A stretch of 64,000 bases of DNA from an uncultured bacterium (GCA_943787795.1 CALSNU010000002.1:512001-576000), one strand, 5' to 3'; positions 1 to 11,535 are shown, counted from the first letter of the stretch. Notes: generated from the sequence alone by a model not told the origin. Translations and numbers: made by a program.

Positions 1-212
1 CGATGGTGATCGAGACGCTTTACGTGGACTTCCACGTCCAGCTGCCCTGCGGGGCCCTCGACGACGCCGAGATCGCGTTCCTGCTGCCCGAGACCTGTGA
101 TCCGGAGATCGTCGCCGAGGCGATTGATCGGTCCCTGGAGACCCAGGTCCGCGCCACGGACCTTCAGGGTGGAATGCGGGACCGCACGAAATCGCGGGTC
201 TGCTCCATCTGA
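1..212 (+). CDS. 3' end of a hypothetical protein (truncated by window edge)
   Basis: Open frame with GC3-rich codons ending at TGA 210-212; no recognisable motif. Confidence 0.5.
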   Translation, partial: MVIETLYVDFHVQLPCGALDDAEIAFLLPETCDPEIVAEAIDRSLETQVRATDLQGGMRDRTKSRVCSI

Positions 213-417
213 CGGGCTAAGCCGCCCTCGAGTGCCTCCCCGAGGGCCATTCGGGCGAATCCCCACCGCAGGCCGAGGGCATTTCAGTGCCCCAAACGGC
301 GTCCGGATGATGTTCCGGTCCCGATGCCGTGGCTTCTGTTCGGATGGGTGGTCATCTGAGCCAGGGTCGGACCTATCCTCTCCTGCGATTTTCTGGCGCC
401 CACGCCCAAGCCCAACG

Positions 418-2295
418 ATGACTCCGCCGACCGCCCAAGACACCTCCGCAGGTGAGCTCCCCCTCCAGCAGCTCGACCGCGTTGTCATCCGCTTCGCCGG
501 GGACTCCGGCGACGGGATGCAGGTGACGGGGAACCAGTTCACGCGCACCAGCGCGCTGTTCGGGAACGACCTCGCGACCCTGCCCGACTTCCCCGCCGAG
601 ATCCGGGCGCCAGTGGGCACGCGGCCCGGCGTGTCGGGCTTCCAGCTCCAGTTCAGCTCCTCGGACATCCACACGCCCGGCGACCAGCCCGACGTGCTCG
701 TCGCGATGAACCCCGCGGCGCTGATGGTCAACGTGAACGCCCTGAAGAAGGGCGGCATCGTGATCGTCAACACCGACGCCTTCAAGGCGACGGACCTGAA
801 GAAGGCGAAGTGCGACACCAACCCCCTCGAGGACGGGACCCTCGACGGCTTCCGGGTCATCGAGGTCGGGATCAACTCCCGCGTCTCCGAGGCGCTGGCG
901 GACTCGCCGCTCTCCAACAAGGACAAGCAGCGCTGCAAGAACTTCTACACCCTGGGCCTGATGTACTGGGTGTACAGCCGCCCGCTCGAGCCGACGCTCG
1001 AGTGGCTGGAGGAGAAGTTCAAGGGCAAGGACGACCTCATCGCCGCCAACCAGACGGCGCTGAAGGCGGGGTACAACGCGGGGGACATCCGCGAGCTCTT
1101 CCAGGGCCAGTACGAGGTCCCCAAGGCGACGCTCCAGTCGGGCACGTACCGCAACGTCATGGGCAACCAGGCCCTGGCCATCGGCCTGGTCGCTGGCGCA
1201 AAGCTCGCCGGCCTCAAGCCGGTGTATTGCTCGTACCCGATCACCCCGGCGTCGAGCGTCCTGGAGTTCCTCGCGGGCTACAAGAACCACGGCGTCGTGA
1301 CGATCCAGTCCGAGGACGAGATCGCCGCGATCTGCTCGGCCATCGGCGCCTCCTTCGCCGGGAGCCTCGGCATGACCGGGACCTCCGGGCCCGGCATGGC
1401 CCTCAAGGGTGAGGCCATGGGGCTCGCGATCTCCACCGAGCTGCCCCTTGTCATCGTCGACGTCCAGCGCGCCGGCCCGTCCACCGGGATGCCGACCAAG
1501 GTCGAGCAGTCCGACCTCCTGAGCAGCATCTTCGGCCGCAACGGGGACGCGCCCATGCCGGTCGTCGCCATCAGCAAGCCCAGCGACGCCTTCGAGCTGA
1601 CCATCGACGCCTGCCGCATCGCGGTGCAGTACATGACGCCCGTCATCCTGCTCTCCGACAACTTCATCGCCAATGGCGCCGAGCCGTGGTCGCTCCCCGA
1701 CCTCGACTCGCTGGAGCCGTTCCCCGTGGAGTTCACGGCCGAGAAGGGCGAGGACTTCCAGTCCTTCGGACGCGACGAGAAGCTCGCGCGCCCCTGGGTC
1801 AAGCCCGGCACGCCCGGCATGGAGTTCCGGATCGGCGGCCTGGAGAAGGCCCCGAGCAGCAACATCAGCTACGACCCGGACAACCACCAGGCGATGACGG
1901 ACATCCGTCACCAGAAGGTCCGGAACGTGGCCGACTCCATCCCGACCCCCGAGGTCGACGGCGCCGACTCCGGTGACCTGCTCGTCCTGGGCTGGGGTTC
2001 CACCGTCGGCATCCTGCGTCAGGCCGTGGACAATGCCCGCGCCAAGGGGCAGAGCGTCTCGCGGATCCACCTGACCCATGTTTGGCCGCTGCCGCACGGG
2101 CTCGACGAGATCTTCTCGCGCTTCAAGTCCGTCATCGTCCCTGAGATGAACGTGGCGCAGATGACCTATCTGCTGCGCGGCGAGCTCCCGGACCACGACT
2201 ACATCCCCTTCAACAAGGTCACCGGCCAGCCCTTCCTCGTCGCCGAGGTCGAAGCCGAGATCAAGCGCGTCCTCGACGAGCGCGCGGGAGCCTGA
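418..2295 (+). CDS. korA: 2-oxoacid:ferredoxin (acceptor) oxidoreductase alpha subunit with fused gamma domain
   Basis: VIRFAGDSGDG N-terminal motif, YPITP motif, EDEIAA, VDVQRAGPSTGMPTK; ATG at 418 (the ORF-track extension from 97 is low-complexity and unlikely). Substrate specificity cannot be determined. Confidence 0.92.
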   Translation: MTPPTAQDTSAGELPLQQLDRVVIRFAGDSGDGMQVTGNQFTRTSALFGNDLATLPDFPAEIRAPVGTRPGVSGFQLQFSSSDIHTPGDQPDVLVAMNPAALMVNVNALKKGGIVIVNTDAFKATDLKKAKCDTNPLEDGTLDGFRVIEVGINSRVSEALADSPLSNKDKQRCKNFYTLGLMYWVYSRPLEPTLEWLEEKFKGKDDLIAANQTALKAGYNAGDIRELFQGQYEVPKATLQSGTYRNVMGNQALAIGLVAGAKLAGLKPVYCSYPITPASSVLEFLAGYKNHGVVTIQSEDEIAAICSAIGASFAGSLGMTGTSGPGMALKGEAMGLAISTELPLVIVDVQRAGPSTGMPTKVEQSDLLSSIFGRNGDAPMPVVAISKPSDAFELTIDACRIAVQYMTPVILLSDNFIANGAEPWSLPDLDSLEPFPVEFTAEKGEDFQSFGRDEKLARPWVKPGTPGMEFRIGGLEKAPSSNISYDPDNHQAMTDIRHQKVRNVADSIPTPEVDGADSGDLLVLGWGSTVGILRQAVDNARAKGQSVSRIHLTHVWPLPHGLDEIFSRFKSVIVPEMNVAQMTYLLRGELPDHDYIPFNKVTGQPFLVAEVEAEIKRVLDERAGA

Positions 2296-2309
2296 GGAGG
2301 ACCACAAAC

Positions 2310-3314
<1,005 letters not shown>

Positions 3315-3335
3315 ACCCTCGGTGCATGCACCAAA

Positions 3336-3378
3336 GCAAACGGCGCGCCCCCCGCAATGCGGGTGGCGCGCCGTTTGC
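3336..3378. terminator. Inverted repeat between convergent genes; probable bidirectional intrinsic terminator
   Basis: GCAAACGGCGCGCC...GGCGCGCCGTTTGC hairpin between korB (+) and the DUF3332 gene (-). Confidence 0.75.
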
Positions 3379-3398
3379 GTCCGTGAGTTCAGCTGAAC

Positions 3399-3683
3399 TC
3401 AGTCCTCGTCGCCGCTCTTGCGGGTGAAGCCGGGGAACGGGCCGGCGGCGTCGATGGGGTTACCGCCGCTCCAGTACTCGATCGTGTTGAAGACGAGCAC
3501 GTCGCCCATGTAGGCGAACCCGTAGACCGGGATGATGTTCATCCCGATGAAGAGGGCCTCGTTCACAACATCCGAGTCAGAGACCTCGGCGTTCCAGTTG
3601 TTGATCGAGTTGAAGGCGTTGTTCGGGCCGAGGCAGCCGGTGGCGCCGAGCGTGAGCGCGGCGGCAGCGATGAGCTTCTTCAT
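3399..3683 (-). CDS. DUF3332-like small lipoprotein
   Basis: Lipoprotein signal (LGATG-C), then WN..V....NE..F....IPVY....GD.LVFNTIEYWSG.NPI pattern typical of DUF3332. Confidence 0.75.
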   Translation of the reverse strand: MKKLIAAAALTLGATGCLGPNNAFNSINNWNAEVSDSDVVNEALFIGMNIIPVYGFAYMGDVLVFNTIEYWSGGNPIDAAGPFPGFTRKSGDED

Positions 3684-3781
3684 GGTGTATTGACTGGCTA
3701 GTGGGGGATTGAAAGCGTCCAGCGATCAGGCCGTTGACGCAAACGAAGCGTCGACTCTGGCGCCTGACGCGGCGTCAGATG

Positions 3782-6178
3782 CTATCGGCCATCTTCGATG
3801 ACGAGAAGGTTTGAAAGCCCGTTCCCGAAGCGCTCGAAGTCCCTGAACGTCCATTCCACCCGAAAGTCCGGCCCCAATTCGATGGCCTGGGGCTGCTGGT
3901 CGCCCGCGTGACAGTTCCCCAGCACCAGATGGCCATCCTCGAGCTCCTGGACGGTCGTGACCCAGGCGAGCTCGATCCCGTCGAGGTCCTCTGACCCCTT
4001 TCGCCAGCGAACGTCGCCTTCCGGGGAGACGCAGAGCAGGCTGCTCCCGTTCCCCGTCGTGACCAGCGTGTCTCCATCGGCCCGCCGGATCGCCTGGAAG
4101 CACTGGTTCCCGTGCCCCTCGGGCCCATGACCCGCCGCCCTCTCCTGACCGAACAGCGGCACCTCGAAGGTCCACACGACCGCTCCGCTGCGGTCGTACT
4201 CGCGGACCACCCCGTCGTTCTCGTGGGCGACCAGGAAGGTCCCCTTCGGCGTCACCCGCACGAGCCGCGTGTCGTGGTGGGGGTCAGGCCGCTCGAGCGT
4301 CAGCGCGATGGTGCCCGTCAGCTCGCCGGCCCCGTTCACGAAGGCGATCCGCCCCCGACCGGACTCGGCCACCATGGTCGTGCCGTCGTCGAGGCGCTGG
4401 AAGGAGTGAATCTCCACCCGCTCACCGTCGGCCGGTCGGGCGTCGTAGGACCAGAGCGTCTCGCCCGTTCGCGTGTCCACCTCGACGATCTTCGTCCAGG
4501 ACTCCTGCACCAGGACGCGGCCGTGACCGTCGCCGGTTTCACCCAGCCACTGCAGGTCGTGCAGCGCCTGAATGGGTCGCTCCCAGAGGACGTCCGGTCG
4601 ACCGATCGCGACCTCACGCAGCAGGACGACGCGCCCCTTGCTCGCGTCAGCGGCGAGGATCCTACGGGGCTGTCCGTTCGCGAACACCTCGGGTGCAGGG
4701 GCTCCGATGGTCACCTTGACCTGCGGCGCCTGCGAAGAGAACCCGTCAGCCTGCGCGGGCGTGACCGAGGTGCCGAAGAGCACGAGGCGTTGCAGGTGTA
4801 CGAGGCGCCCAATGGCGTCCAGTCCCCCGCCTGTGACCCCGGTGGAGTGGAGGTTGAGATACTCGAGGGACGGAGCCCGCTCGGCCACAATGGACATCGC
4901 AACGTCCGTCACGCCTGTGGACTCGAGGTGAAGCCTCGTCAGGCCCTCCATCTCTGGCAGACCGCGGACGGTGGCGTCGGTGACGCCGGATCGCGCGAGG
5001 TCCAGGTTCACCACCCGGCCGGCGATGGGCGCCAGGGCCCTCACCTGGCCGACGCTCGGCGAGGCATCCGAGTGGCGCCAGCTCACGTCCAGCCGCTGCT
5101 GCCCCATCGGGAAGAGGAGGTCCTCCGCGATCGGTTCGATCCGCGCCCCGCTGGCCTCGCGCAGCTCATCCATGCTCGCCGCCTGCTTCTCCTGATCCTC
5201 TGCCGCTTCGCCGAGCAAGACGCGCAGCTCACCCGTGGGCGCTCCGGCCTCGATCCAGCCCTGCAGGGCCTCGATGGCGGCCTTGTCCAGGCCCTTGCCC
5301 TTGGGGGGCATGGCGTCCACGTCGTCCCGGGGCAGCAGGACCCGATAGAGCAGCTCGCTATCTTCGGGGGACTCGAGGTCCACGCCGTCCTCCCAGCCCG
5401 CGAGCTCGTCAAGGCGCAAGCCGCCCTTGGTCTTGTCCTCGTTGTGGCACTCGAAGCAGCGCGCTCGGAACGTGGACACCAGGAGCTCCAGGTCCACGCC
5501 CGCTCCCTCGTTCTCGCCGTGGCCGGACAGCGGGTCGGCGAATCCGGACAGCGGGTCGGCAGCCCCAGCCGGCGCGTCCACAGCGAACGAGCCTGCGCTG
5601 ACGACCCCCACCGGGCTCTCGGTGGGCGTCACCGCCGGCGGTGAGGTCTCGCTCGCGGGATCCTCCAAGCGCGAGGCCTCGCCTCCCTCGGTCAGGTACG
5701 GCGCGAGCCAGGGCGGGGCCGCAGAGGAGAGGAAGGTCCGCCCGTGCGTGATCATCCCCCCGTGGTGACCCGCGGTCCCGATCACGCCCGCGCAGAGCAG
5801 CGCCAGGAACCCGCGGGCGGCCGCCGCCCGGCGGCTCCGCCCCACGAGGTCCAGGGCCACGACCACGGCCGCGAGGATCGCCGCCGCCACGCCCAACCGG
5901 CGGTGCTCATCGACCAGCTCGCTCGAATAGTCGGATCCCTCGCCCAGCAGCCAGCCGCTCGACGCCGCGAAGGCCGCGGAGAGCGCGAGGAGGCCATACA
6001 TCCAACGGCGCGTGCTGCGGGCCCCGGGAGAGACCAGCGCCACGAGCTCCATGAAGAGCGCCGCGACGGTCAATCCGATGGGGAAGTGCAGCAGCACGGG
6101 GTGCAGGCGGGCATAGAACTCGCTCCACTGCTCCGCGCTGAACGCGGCTCCTTCGGCCGCGGCGATGAGTCCGATCAC
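3782..6178 (-). CDS. Multidomain membrane protein: DUF2231-like TM domain + planctomycete cytochrome c + LRR + beta-propeller
   Basis: LHPVLLHFPIGL and H...G TM motif; CFECH heme motif followed by KGGLRLD...MPP; LxxLxLxxTxVT leucine-rich repeats; C-terminal W-x-F/Y propeller repeats. Confidence 0.8.
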   Translation of the reverse strand: MIGLIAAAEGAAFSAEQWSEFYARLHPVLLHFPIGLTVAALFMELVALVSPGARSTRRWMYGLLALSAAFAASSGWLLGEGSDYSSELVDEHRRLGVAAAILAAVVVALDLVGRSRRAAAARGFLALLCAGVIGTAGHHGGMITHGRTFLSSAAPPWLAPYLTEGGEASRLEDPASETSPPAVTPTESPVGVVSAGSFAVDAPAGAADPLSGFADPLSGHGENEGAGVDLELLVSTFRARCFECHNEDKTKGGLRLDELAGWEDGVDLESPEDSELLYRVLLPRDDVDAMPPKGKGLDKAAIEALQGWIEAGAPTGELRVLLGEAAEDQEKQAASMDELREASGARIEPIAEDLLFPMGQQRLDVSWRHSDASPSVGQVRALAPIAGRVVNLDLARSGVTDATVRGLPEMEGLTRLHLESTGVTDVAMSIVAERAPSLEYLNLHSTGVTGGGLDAIGRLVHLQRLVLFGTSVTPAQADGFSSQAPQVKVTIGAPAPEVFANGQPRRILAADASKGRVVLLREVAIGRPDVLWERPIQALHDLQWLGETGDGHGRVLVQESWTKIVEVDTRTGETLWSYDARPADGERVEIHSFQRLDDGTTMVAESGRGRIAFVNGAGELTGTIALTLERPDPHHDTRLVRVTPKGTFLVAHENDGVVREYDRSGAVVWTFEVPLFGQERAAGHGPEGHGNQCFQAIRRADGDTLVTTGNGSSLLCVSPEGDVRWRKGSEDLDGIELAWVTTVQELEDGHLVLGNCHAGDQQPQAIELGPDFRVEWTFRDFERFGNGLSNLLVIEDGR

Positions 6179-7656
6179 GCGATGACCTCGTGGATCGGCT
6201 CGGCGCCCTCGGTCCCCACGAGCTTCTGGTCGAGCCCGTTGAAGAAGTAGGTCAGCCCGTTCGGGTCGAGCCCGAGCAGGTGGAGGATCGTCGCGTGGAG
6301 CCGCCGCACGTGGAAGCGGTCCTCCACGGCCTTCGAACCGAGCTCATCGGTTTGCCCGACGCTCGTGCCTCCCTTGATGCCGCCGCCGGCCATCCACATG
6401 GTGAAGCCCCAGGAGTTGTGGTCGCGGCCCGTGCCCTCGGCGTACTCCGCCGTCGGCTGGCGCCCAAACTCGCCGCCCCACACCACCAGGGTCTCCTCCA
6501 GGAGGCCCCGCCTCTCCAGGTCGATCAACATCCCGGCGATGGGCTTGTCGGTCCGGCCCGCGTGGCGGGTGTGGTTGAAGATCAGGTCCCCGTGGGCGTC
6601 CCAGTTGTCGTCGTTGTGACCGCCGCCGGAGTACACCTGCACGAACCGGACGCCGCGCTCCACGAGCCGCCGCGCCAGCAGGCACTTGGAGCCAAACCGC
6701 CGCGTCTTCTCGTCGTTGAGGCCGTAGAGCTCTCGCGTACCCTCGTCCTCGCTGGCGAGGTCGACCGCCTCGGGCGCCGTGGACTGCATCCGGTAGGCGA
6801 GCTCGAACTGCTCGATCCGCGCCTGCAGCTGGTCATTTCCTTTCCGCATCGCGGCGTGGGCCTCGTTCTCCGAGCGCAGGTGGTCGAGCAGCGCGCGCTG
6901 CGCGCCGTCCGTCATCCCCGCGGGGCGGTCCAGCCCCAGGATCGGGGTCCCCTCGGTGCGGACCTGGACCCCCTGGAGCGACGCCGGCATGTAGCCGTTC
7001 GTCCAGTTCTTGGCGCCGCTGATCGGGCCCCCCGCCTCGTCCAGCATGACCACATAGCCAGGCAGGTCCTTGTTGACGGACCCGAGCCCGTAGTTCACCC
7101 AGGAGCCCAGACTCGGGTGCCCCGAGATCAGGCGGCCGCAGTTCATGTTCAGCAGCGCCGAGCCGTGAATGGGGCTCTCCGCGTACATGGAGTGCAGGAA
7201 GGCGATCTTGTCCACCTGGGTCCCGACGTGGGGGAACAGGTCGGAGACGTACTTGCCGCACTCGCCGTACTGCCGGAAGCGCCACTTGGGGCCGACCACC
7301 CGGCCCCCGTCTCGCTTGCCACCCCGCCCGAAGGTGGGGACGCTCACGGTCTTGCCGTCCAGCCGGTAGAGGTCCGGCTTGTAGTCGAAGGTGTCGACCT
7401 GGCTCGGACCGCCGTACATGAAGAGGAAGATCACGTGCTTCGCTCGGCCCAACGCGGCCGAGGTGATCGGCTTCCCTGCGAGCGGGTTCGGCCCCCCGGC
7501 GGCCGCGCTGGCTGACGACGCGAGGAACTCGGACCCGAGCATTCCCGTCAGGGCCACCGAGCCGAAGCCCCCGGCGGAGTTCCAGAGGAACTGCCGCCGG
7601 CTCATGTCACAGCCGCGCCCTTGGCCCTGTCGTTGTTCTTGTTCGTTCATGGTCAT
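6175..7656 (-). CDS. DUF1501 domain protein (Tat-exported)
   Basis: SRRQFL Tat-like motif, AKHVIFLFMYGGPSQVDTFDYKP, ARRLVERGVRFVQ, WDAH, WGGEFGR, GRDHN; start overlaps the upstream stop (TGATG). Confidence 0.9.
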   Translation of the reverse strand: MTMNEQEQRQGQGRGCDMSRRQFLWNSAGGFGSVALTGMLGSEFLASSASAAAGGPNPLAGKPITSAALGRAKHVIFLFMYGGPSQVDTFDYKPDLYRLDGKTVSVPTFGRGGKRDGGRVVGPKWRFRQYGECGKYVSDLFPHVGTQVDKIAFLHSMYAESPIHGSALLNMNCGRLISGHPSLGSWVNYGLGSVNKDLPGYVVMLDEAGGPISGAKNWTNGYMPASLQGVQVRTEGTPILGLDRPAGMTDGAQRALLDHLRSENEAHAAMRKGNDQLQARIEQFELAYRMQSTAPEAVDLASEDEGTRELYGLNDEKTRRFGSKCLLARRLVERGVRFVQVYSGGGHNDDNWDAHGDLIFNHTRHAGRTDKPIAGMLIDLERRGLLEETLVVWGGEFGRQPTAEYAEGTGRDHNSWGFTMWMAGGGIKGGTSVGQTDELGSKAVEDRFHVRRLHATILHLLGLDPNGLTYFFNGLDQKLVGTEGAEPIHEVIA

Positions 7657-10583
7657 CAGTCGAGCCAGGTGAACTCGTTCCGGTTGAAGAGGCCGAGCGC
7701 GAACATGCTGAGGGCGCGCTGCTGATCCAGCCCGTGGGCGTCCACGAGGTTGGCGATGAGGACCTCCGCGCGGTCCAGCTCGTCCTCCGCCGGAGCCCGC
7801 GAGAGCGCGCGCTGCATGGCCTCCGCCAGGGCCGCCCGCAGGGTCTCGTGCTCCGTGAGCGAGGCCGCGAAGGCCTCCGCACGGACCTGGGAGAACTCGC
7901 CGTTGAGGGTGAGCAGCGCCTGGGTGGGGACGTTGGTCGGGAACCGCTCCGGGCACGGCATGTCCGGGTCGGGCTGGTCGAGGACCGCCAGCAGAGGCTC
8001 CCGCAGGGACCGCTTCACGTGGATGTAGACGCTGCGCCGGACGGAGTCCTCTTTGGAGGAGCGGCCCCACGCGGCGCCGGGCCGAGATGCGGTCGCGAGG
8101 ACCTCCTTGGGGAGGGGCGGGAAGACGCTGGGTCCGTGCTTGCGCAGGTTGAGCTCGCCGCTGGCGGCGAGCATCGCGTCCCGCACCTCCTCCGCCGTGA
8201 GCCGGCGCGGGTTGAAGCGCCAGAAGAGGTCGTTGCGCGGGTCCGCCTCGAGGGCCTCGTCCGGGCCGACCGTCGCCATCCGGTACGCCTCGCTCTCCAT
8301 GACGAAGCGCTGCAAGGCCTTGCGAGACCAACCGCGCTGAATGAGCTCGTTGGCGAGGTGGTCCAGGAGTTCGGGGTGCGTCGGGCGCTCTCCGAGGCGA
8401 CCGAAGTCACCCGTGGAGCGACAGAGGCCGCGACCGAAGAGGAACTGCCAGGTGCGGTTCGCCTCGACCCGCGCCGCGAGGTGGGCGCCGTCGCCGAAGA
8501 TCCACTCCACCAGGGCGCGCCGCCGGCCGCTGGTGGGCGCCCCGTCCGGCCCGTTCACGGGCGCGGCGTACTCGCCGTCCCCGGCTGTCCCCTTGACCCA
8601 TGCCATGGGCACCCCGGGGCCGACCTGATCCGCCAGCGCATGAACGCTGCCGCGCAGGTTGATGTGCTGCGAGGGGGGTCGAGACCCCACCTCCCGGACG
8701 ACCTGGGCGGGGTAGGGCTTGTTGACCCGCTCGCCCTTCAGCTTCGCCCGGCGCGCGAGCAGGTCTCGGCCGCGCTCGAGGGCAGCGTCCCCCTCACGCT
8801 CCGACGCCGCCGCCTCCAGGAGAGCCACCGGCCCTCCCTCCGCGTTGGGGTCGCACCCCGTATCGAGCCCGATGTCGATGTACTGGCCGCCGAAGTCCTG
8901 CAGGCAAGACACGGCCACCACGTTGCGGCCCACCACCAGGGCGTCCCGGGCGGCCTGGGGCAGCTGGTGGGTGCCGTAGTCCACGATGTACCCGGTCCGC
9001 TCCATCACGAGCTGGCCGTTGATGAACACGCGCACGTCGTCGTCGTAGTGCAGCGTGAGCCGCAGCGCCTCGGGGATCTCCTCGAGCCGGAACGTGGTCC
9101 TCAGCTGGATGAACTTCTCATGCCAGTCCGTGCGCACCACCGACTTCGGGGTCCCCCGCCGACCGAAGCCGGCCCTGCCTTCCCTCCAATCCCGGTGATC
9201 GAACCCCGGCATCTCCCAGCCGTCCACCGGCTCGCCGAAGCGATAGCGCCAGCGGTGCTCCCCCGAACGTGCGTCGGGGATCAGCACGTCGACCTTCGCC
9301 CCGGGTGCGGGTGCATCCAGACCGAGCTCGTGCGCCTCGGCGACGATCGCCTGCTCGGTCTCCGCCAGGTCGGCGTCCCGCTCGCTCACGTGCCGGACGC
9401 CCTCCTCGGCGCGATCGATCAGGTCGGCCTCGGGCCGGCCCCCGTAGTGGCGCACGCCGCGCACGTGGGCCGTGAGCTCGTAGTACTCCTTCTGGGTGAC
9501 CGGGTCCGCCTTGTGGTCGTGGCAGCGCGCGCAGCCCATGGTCGTCGCCATGACCACCTGGCTGAAGGTGTCGACCACGTCCGCGCGGCCGTCCGCGGCC
9601 GCCTGGGGGCGATCCACCGGCTCATCATCCCAGACACCGAGCCGGAAGAACCCGGTGGCGAGGATGGCCTGGTCGCGGTCGCGGGGGTCCTCGAAGTCCG
9701 CGGCGTACTCATCGCCCGCGAACTGGTGCTTCACGAACTGGTCGTAGGGCAGGTCCGCGTCGAAGGCGCGCACGACCCAGTCGCGGTAGCGCCACATGTT
9801 CTGCTTGGGGTTGTCGCGCTCGTACCCGTTGGTCTCCCCGTAGCGCACCAGATCCAGCCAGTGCCGCGCCTGATGCTCACCGTAGTGGGGGCTCTCGAAG
9901 AGGCGATCGAGGAGGGTCGCCCAGGCGGCATCGAAGCCTCGCCCCTCGACGTCCTCGAGGAAGACCTCCCGCTCGGCCACCGTCGGCGGGAGCCCGGTGA
10001 GGTCGAACGTGGCTCGACGGAGGAGCGCCAGCGGTTCGGCCGGTCCGGCGCAGGAGACCCCGGCCGCTTCTCGGCGGGCGGCGAGCAGCGCGTCCACGGC
10101 GTGCTCGTCGTCGTCCCCGGAGGCCGCGACCGGGTCAAGGGGGCCGTAGGCCCACCACTCCGCATCAATATCGATCGTGGCGGCCTCGATGGGGTGGGCT
10201 TCCGGGTCCGCCAGGCGCCCCTCATCCCCCTCAGGCCAGGGCGCGCCCGCCCTCACCCACGCGTCCAGGATCGCGCGCTCATCCCCTGCGAGGCGCCCCG
10301 AGGGGGGCATGGCAAGGTCCGGGTTGCGGTAGCTGATGACCTCGAGCAGTCGGCTTCGCTCGAGGTCGTTGGGCCGAACCGCAGGCCCACGGGCGCCCCC
10401 CTCCTCGAAGGTCGCTGCGTCAGCGAACGACAGACCGCTCTCCCGTCGATCCCCCCCGTGACAGGTCAAGCAGCGGCTCTCGATGATCGCCCTGGCCGAC
10501 TCGAAGCCGTCTCCAGCGGAGCCCGACTGGGCCGAACCAGGCGCGGCGAGGACGAGGGCAATGAGGGGTAGAAGTCGACTCAT
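7656..10583 (-). CDS. PSD1/DUF1549/DUF1553 planctomycete cytochrome c protein with inserted sugar-binding jelly-roll-like domain
   Basis: Signal peptide, CLTCH and GCARCHDHK heme motifs, RRATFDLTGLPPT, WLDLVRYGET, PTHPELLDHLA, RLTAEEVRDAML, PTQAL. Confidence 0.9.
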   Translation of the reverse strand: MSRLLPLIALVLAAPGSAQSGSAGDGFESARAIIESRCLTCHGGDRRESGLSFADAATFEEGGARGPAVRPNDLERSRLLEVISYRNPDLAMPPSGRLAGDERAILDAWVRAGAPWPEGDEGRLADPEAHPIEAATIDIDAEWWAYGPLDPVAASGDDDEHAVDALLAARREAAGVSCAGPAEPLALLRRATFDLTGLPPTVAEREVFLEDVEGRGFDAAWATLLDRLFESPHYGEHQARHWLDLVRYGETNGYERDNPKQNMWRYRDWVVRAFDADLPYDQFVKHQFAGDEYAADFEDPRDRDQAILATGFFRLGVWDDEPVDRPQAAADGRADVVDTFSQVVMATTMGCARCHDHKADPVTQKEYYELTAHVRGVRHYGGRPEADLIDRAEEGVRHVSERDADLAETEQAIVAEAHELGLDAPAPGAKVDVLIPDARSGEHRWRYRFGEPVDGWEMPGFDHRDWREGRAGFGRRGTPKSVVRTDWHEKFIQLRTTFRLEEIPEALRLTLHYDDDVRVFINGQLVMERTGYIVDYGTHQLPQAARDALVVGRNVVAVSCLQDFGGQYIDIGLDTGCDPNAEGGPVALLEAAASEREGDAALERGRDLLARRAKLKGERVNKPYPAQVVREVGSRPPSQHINLRGSVHALADQVGPGVPMAWVKGTAGDGEYAAPVNGPDGAPTSGRRRALVEWIFGDGAHLAARVEANRTWQFLFGRGLCRSTGDFGRLGERPTHPELLDHLANELIQRGWSRKALQRFVMESEAYRMATVGPDEALEADPRNDLFWRFNPRRLTAEEVRDAMLAASGELNLRKHGPSVFPPLPKEVLATASRPGAAWGRSSKEDSVRRSVYIHVKRSLREPLLAVLDQPDPDMPCPERFPTNVPTQALLTLNGEFSQVRAEAFAASLTEHETLRAALAEAMQRALSRAPAEDELDRAEVLIANLVDAHGLDQQRALSMFALGLFNRNEFTWLD

Positions 10584-10923
10584 GGGGAGCACTGAGGGTG
10601 GAGGACCACCAAGACACTAGGACAGCGCTCCGATTACCGAAACAGCGCCTCATCGTTCCTGGGGCGGCGTCCGGACGCATCACTGGGGACCGCCCGGGCG
10701 TTCCCCAGAAGCCCCTGTGAGAAACCCAAATCAGGACCCAAGGGGGCGGTGGCGCCGAGGCCGTACACAGGGATGTCATTCCCTCGGACCGCTGCCGGGC
10801 GTCCGAGCGCGCGGACCTCTGCCCGTGAGGGTTGAGAATTCGGCCCGTACGGGCGATCCTCTCCGCTCAACATCACCCCCACCCCCTCCGGCGCGCCCAG
10901 GCGCTCCCGACCCCCACCGACCC

Positions 10924-11535
10924 ATGGCCTTCGAAGTCCCCGCCCTCACCTTCGCGCACGACGCCCTCGAGCCCTTCATCAACACGCGCACGATGGAGCT
11001 CCACCACGGGCTCCACCACGGGGCCTACGTGTCGAAATTCAACGCCGCGATCGAGGGCACCGACCTCGAGTCCAAGACCGCCGAGGAGATCGTCTCCAAC
11101 CTCGACGCGGTGCCCGAGGACATCCGCGGCGCCGTGCGGAACAACGGCGGCGGCCACGTGAATCACTCGATCTTCTGGTCGATCATGGGCCCTGGGAAGG
11201 GCGGCGAGCCCACCGGGGAGCTGGGCGAGGCGATCAACAGCACCTTCGGTTCCTTCGAGAACCTGAAGGAGACCTTCAACGGCAAGGGCGCCACGCAGTT
11301 CGGCTCCGGCTGGGTCTGGCTCACGATGACCCCCGAGGGGCGCCTCGAGATCGTCTCCACGCCCAACCAGGACACCCCCATGAGCCAGGGCCACAAGATC
11401 ATCATGGGCAACGACGTCTGGGAGCACGCCTACTACCTGACGTACGAGAACCGTCGCCCCGAGTACCTCAAGGCCTGGTGGAGCTGCGTGGACTTCGACG
11501 CCGTCGCCGCCCGCTTCGCGGCGGCCAAGGCCTGA
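10924..11535 (+). CDS. sodA: Superoxide dismutase, probably Mn-type
   Basis: LEPFI...MELHH..HH, NNGGGHVNH (GG typical of Mn enzymes), FGSGW, NQD, DVWEHAYY. Confidence 0.93.
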   Translation: MAFEVPALTFAHDALEPFINTRTMELHHGLHHGAYVSKFNAAIEGTDLESKTAEEIVSNLDAVPEDIRGAVRNNGGGHVNHSIFWSIMGPGKGGEPTGELGEAINSTFGSFENLKETFNGKGATQFGSGWVWLTMTPEGRLEIVSTPNQDTPMSQGHKIIMGNDVWEHAYYLTYENRRPEYLKAWWSCVDFDAVAARFAAAKA

